Assembly (NCBI GenBank): GCA_028534125.1
Contig: CM052817.1
Coordinates: forward strand, 40,302,001 to 40,366,000
DNA length: 64,000 nt
Direction: 5' to 3'
DNA from: Lama glama
Taxonomy: Eukaryota
The translations under genes were made by a program, and so were the position numbers. Below, in pieces: positions 61,021 through 64,000 of the stretch. Numbering within the stretch: the first letter of the stretch is position 1; every line of letters begins with the position of its first letter. A model generated the notes under the pieces. The model saw nothing but the letters and a program-made list of their open reading frames with translations, had not been told where the DNA came from and ran no database searches.

Positions 61021-63092
61021 AGAGTGTAATCACTGCACTAGGACTGGACTGTATCCTTTAGGGGTTTGGTAGTCCTAGACCATTTCCCACCACCGTGGGC
61101 ACCTTCTGAGACTTGGAATTTCGGTTTCATTGTGAATCTTTGTTTTCCCAATTCTTCATCTGATCCAGGTTGGGTAGATGGGAACAACTTGTCTTCAAAG
61201 TCTCTGCCCGTGTTATGAGGGTGAATGATGCCAGGCCCTGGGTGTTTTCACCCACAGGGAAGAAATGGCGATTCCCAAAACTGCTTTAGGGTCCAGGGAA
61301 GCTGATGACCCAGGAGCCTCACGGTGACCCTCAGACGTACAAGTCACGTGGCCACCTCTGCAGTGGGCCTCCCATCCCTACAAGACAGCCTGACCTCCGG
61401 GCATTTCTCTAAGTTTCTCTTGTGTCTAAGAATTCATTTCTCCATTTGAGGCTTCCCTCCTGTTTGAGCATCCATGAAGCAGATAGGATCTAGCACAACA
61501 GACCACTTCGGTTTCATGTTCTTTCGTCCCCTGTTAGCAATGGGAGCTCTGCTGCACTTTCTTTTGACCTCACTCATCTTAGTTCAGTGTTGTGCTTTGT
61601 TTATCATAACAATGAGTTATGACAATGATAATTTAGAAGCTCATTGATTTAAATTTTAGATGCTACTTAGGACTTAACTCAGTAATTTTCCTTTATTTTG
61701 TTCAAGCAGTTCATTATTTTTAGCCTCCAGTTACACACTCATGCAGGTATAAAGCACCTCGACAACTGGAAGTTTTTCCCAACATAAATAACTTGAAATT
61801 GAGAGCCTAAGCCTCTTTTCCAGATGAAACTATTTGTTTATAACTCAGTCTTCGAGAACCTACATTCCCCTAGCAAAACATGACACAGACAACATCACAC
61901 TGTGATTTTAAATTTACTTTGGAGAGAAAGTATATTGTAGAGGGAAGTGTCCAGGTCCTGGAATAAATCTTGGCTCTGCCATTTGCTGGATGCAGGCTTT
62001 TGTGCAAGTCTCTGTACCTTCATCTGCAAAGGAGGTGGGAGGAGTAATAGTATTCACCTCAATGGTTATTGGGAGGATGAAATAATGAATAGTAAGTGCC
62101 TGGCTTCTAGTGACACTCAGTGAATATCATTCTCCTCTTCTGTCTCATTCTTTCCTCTATTTTAGTGTCTATCATATAGAAAATACTCAATGATTGTTAA
62201 ATTAATAGTTTTATAAAAGTTTTAAGGAGGCACCTCCTTAACCAGGCTCTTTCCTCACTCTCACAATCTTCCTGTTTCAGAACCACAGCCGGTTGGAGCT
62301 GGGGGACCTTAGAGGCTGAGTGTAATCCCTCTTCTAACAACTGAAAAAACAAAGGGCCAAATGTCTGTGCTTAGTTTTGTTTGTTTGTTTTTTTCCCCAC
62401 ACTGTCTCCAAAATATTTATGGGTGTTGAGGAGACTCTGTTGCAATGCGGTTCCTCCTGCCTCCTATACCTGCCACCAGCCATTTGGGCTGAGCTAGCGT
62501 GTTGTCACTGCTTAGTCCTTATTCCACTGCTCTCCTGCCAGTCGCTGCTTTCTAGGTTTCCCAACCCACTGATTATTTTGCATTTTGGATGATTTCTCTC
62601 CCAGCTGCCTTCATTTGCATTTTTCCTAAATTGCATCTCATTGTGATCATTTCTATTCATATTTATAACCTCTTTAGATCCATCTGTGTTATTTCTCTGT
62701 CCTCAGTGATGTCTGCAGCACCTCCTAATTTGGCACCAACCAAAAATGTTATTAAATGGGTATGCCTTGTTCCCAGTCATTAATGAAAATGCTAAATAAA
62801 GCTAGATCTATCAGACACACTGGGGCCTTCCATTAGCTGCCTCCCTCTTAAGCCACCCCCACCCCACCATAGATATTGAGCTGTTTTTCATCTCTAGTTC
62901 TTGTTTATTAGAGTTTAGGCTTTTCAGTCGTCCTGTCCTAGTACCTACTAGCACGAACCAGAGCTCTTGTCACAGGAATGTTTCAGGGATGCTGTTTTGC
63001 ATGCTTTATTAACCGCCAAAGGTACAATAGCTACAGAAGTCATTGAATCAACCATTTAAACTAACAGTAAAATTCAGTTTCATTTCACTATT

Positions 63093-63230
63093 TAAAAAAA
63101 AATTTTTTTTCAGGGGAGGGGGAGGTAATTAGGTTTATTTATTATTTTTTTAATGGAGGTACTGGGAATTGAATCCAGGACCTTGTGCATGCTAAGTATG
63201 CGCTCTACCACTGAGCTATTTCCCTCTCCC
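63093..63230 (-). mobile_element. tRNA-Ala-derived SINE (long-tail form)
   Basis: The head is the reverse complement of 'gaattgaatccaggaccttgtgcatgctaagtatgcgctctaccactgagcta', with the 'ggaggtaattagg' tail. The TSD core ttcactatt is at 63084-63092 / 63234-63242. Confidence 0.88.
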
Positions 63231-63499
63231 TCATTCACTATTAATTAAAATGGTTTCATATGCCAGAGGAAATTTCTAGCCTTGCTTTTAAAAACTCTTC
63301 TAGAAGGCAGTCACATTTGATTATCTTTATTTTCTCCTAGTTATTCTTCTATAGCTTTTTGTGTAAATCTGCTAGCTAATTCTCTTTGAATTTAAAGGTG
63401 CGTAAACCATTCTGTGCTTCTGAGGAACACAAGCGATGTATATGAAATAGCCCGTGTCGTGAGGCGCCTATGACCTGATAGAGCGGGCTAGACTTATGT

Positions 63500-64000
63500 A
63501 TAATGAAGAGGGACCCTAACGAGACAGTGTGCAGTTAAATTGCTCGATGGTCATACTGTCTCTTAGGGCTGCAGAAATATGAAGATGGGTTAGGGTATTA
63601 GGATGAAGTCTACTGCAGAAGGGAAGTTTTGAGCAGAAAACTCACGAGGTGGAAAGGATTTGTCTAGGCAAGGAAGAAGTAGGGGAGGATAGGAAAACCC
63701 TTGAGCAAATGTAGAGAGAGAGGAATGACCATGACATCCTGTATGGGGTCCCTGAATAGCAGAAAATCGGTCTGACTGAAGAAAGAAACTGACTGGTGTG
63801 GCACGTGGCGAATCCAGCTGGCTGGATGACATCTCTCACTGGACGTCTCTTAAGCATCTCAAAATCAACGTGCCCCGAACTGAAGTTGTGAGTCTCCCTT
63901 CTGCCCCCAAACTACTTCTCCCCTAGCTTTCCCCACCAGAAATCTGGGTGTCAGCCATGGTTTCTCTATTTCCATAATCATCCCTCATCCAGTCTTTCAG
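63500..64000. mobile_element. L2 fragments
   Basis: 'gctggatgacatctctcactggacgtctcttaagcatctcaaaatcaacgtgccccgaactgaa' is a characteristic L2 ORF2 remnant. The preceding purine-rich part looks like L2 in the opposite orientation. Confidence 0.6.

Larger units (their letters stand above)
60304..64000 (+). other. SCD5: SCD5 intron 2 (5' part)
   Basis: It begins with a GT donor. The exon-3 peptide (NDIFEW...) is not present in the remaining 3.7 kb. Confidence 0.85.

Overview
This is mammalian nuclear DNA, not microbial. It is most likely a camelid (camel/alpaca/vicuna), inferred from six tRNA-Ala(AGC)-derived SINEs of the Vic-1 type and artiodactyl-style L1 3' ends. The only coding sequence I can support is one 131-bp internal exon (60173-60303, + strand) encoding AYFCFLLTALGVTAGAHRLWSHRSYKAKLPLRIFLAAANSMAFQ, which I recognise as exon 2 of stearoyl-CoA desaturase 5 (SCD5), containing the first histidine box. 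The upstream ~60 kb is therefore most likely intron 1 and the last 3.7 kb intron 2. Both are densely filled with L1, L2, MIR, MaLR (MLT1) LTRs, hAT/Tigger DNA-transposon relics and young SINEs. The other ORFs in the track look like chance or repeat-derived ORFs. I see no complete novel multi-gene system. The most notable non-coding observations are: a 792-bp (GGTAAT)n-like array at the 3' tail of a MIR that stays in frame throughout; a pair of RFX X-boxes, one a perfect 16-bp palindrome; a POU/ONECUT-like motif cluster; a TCF/LEF + G-quadruplex CpG-rich element; a perfect 37-bp direct repeat 1.38 kb apart in unique DNA; a polyadenylated Tigger1 fragment with a fold-back fused to an L1; and a 5'-inverted (twin-primed) L1. 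Repeat subfamily names come from memory of consensus sequences, and repeat boundaries are approximate unless a TSD is given.
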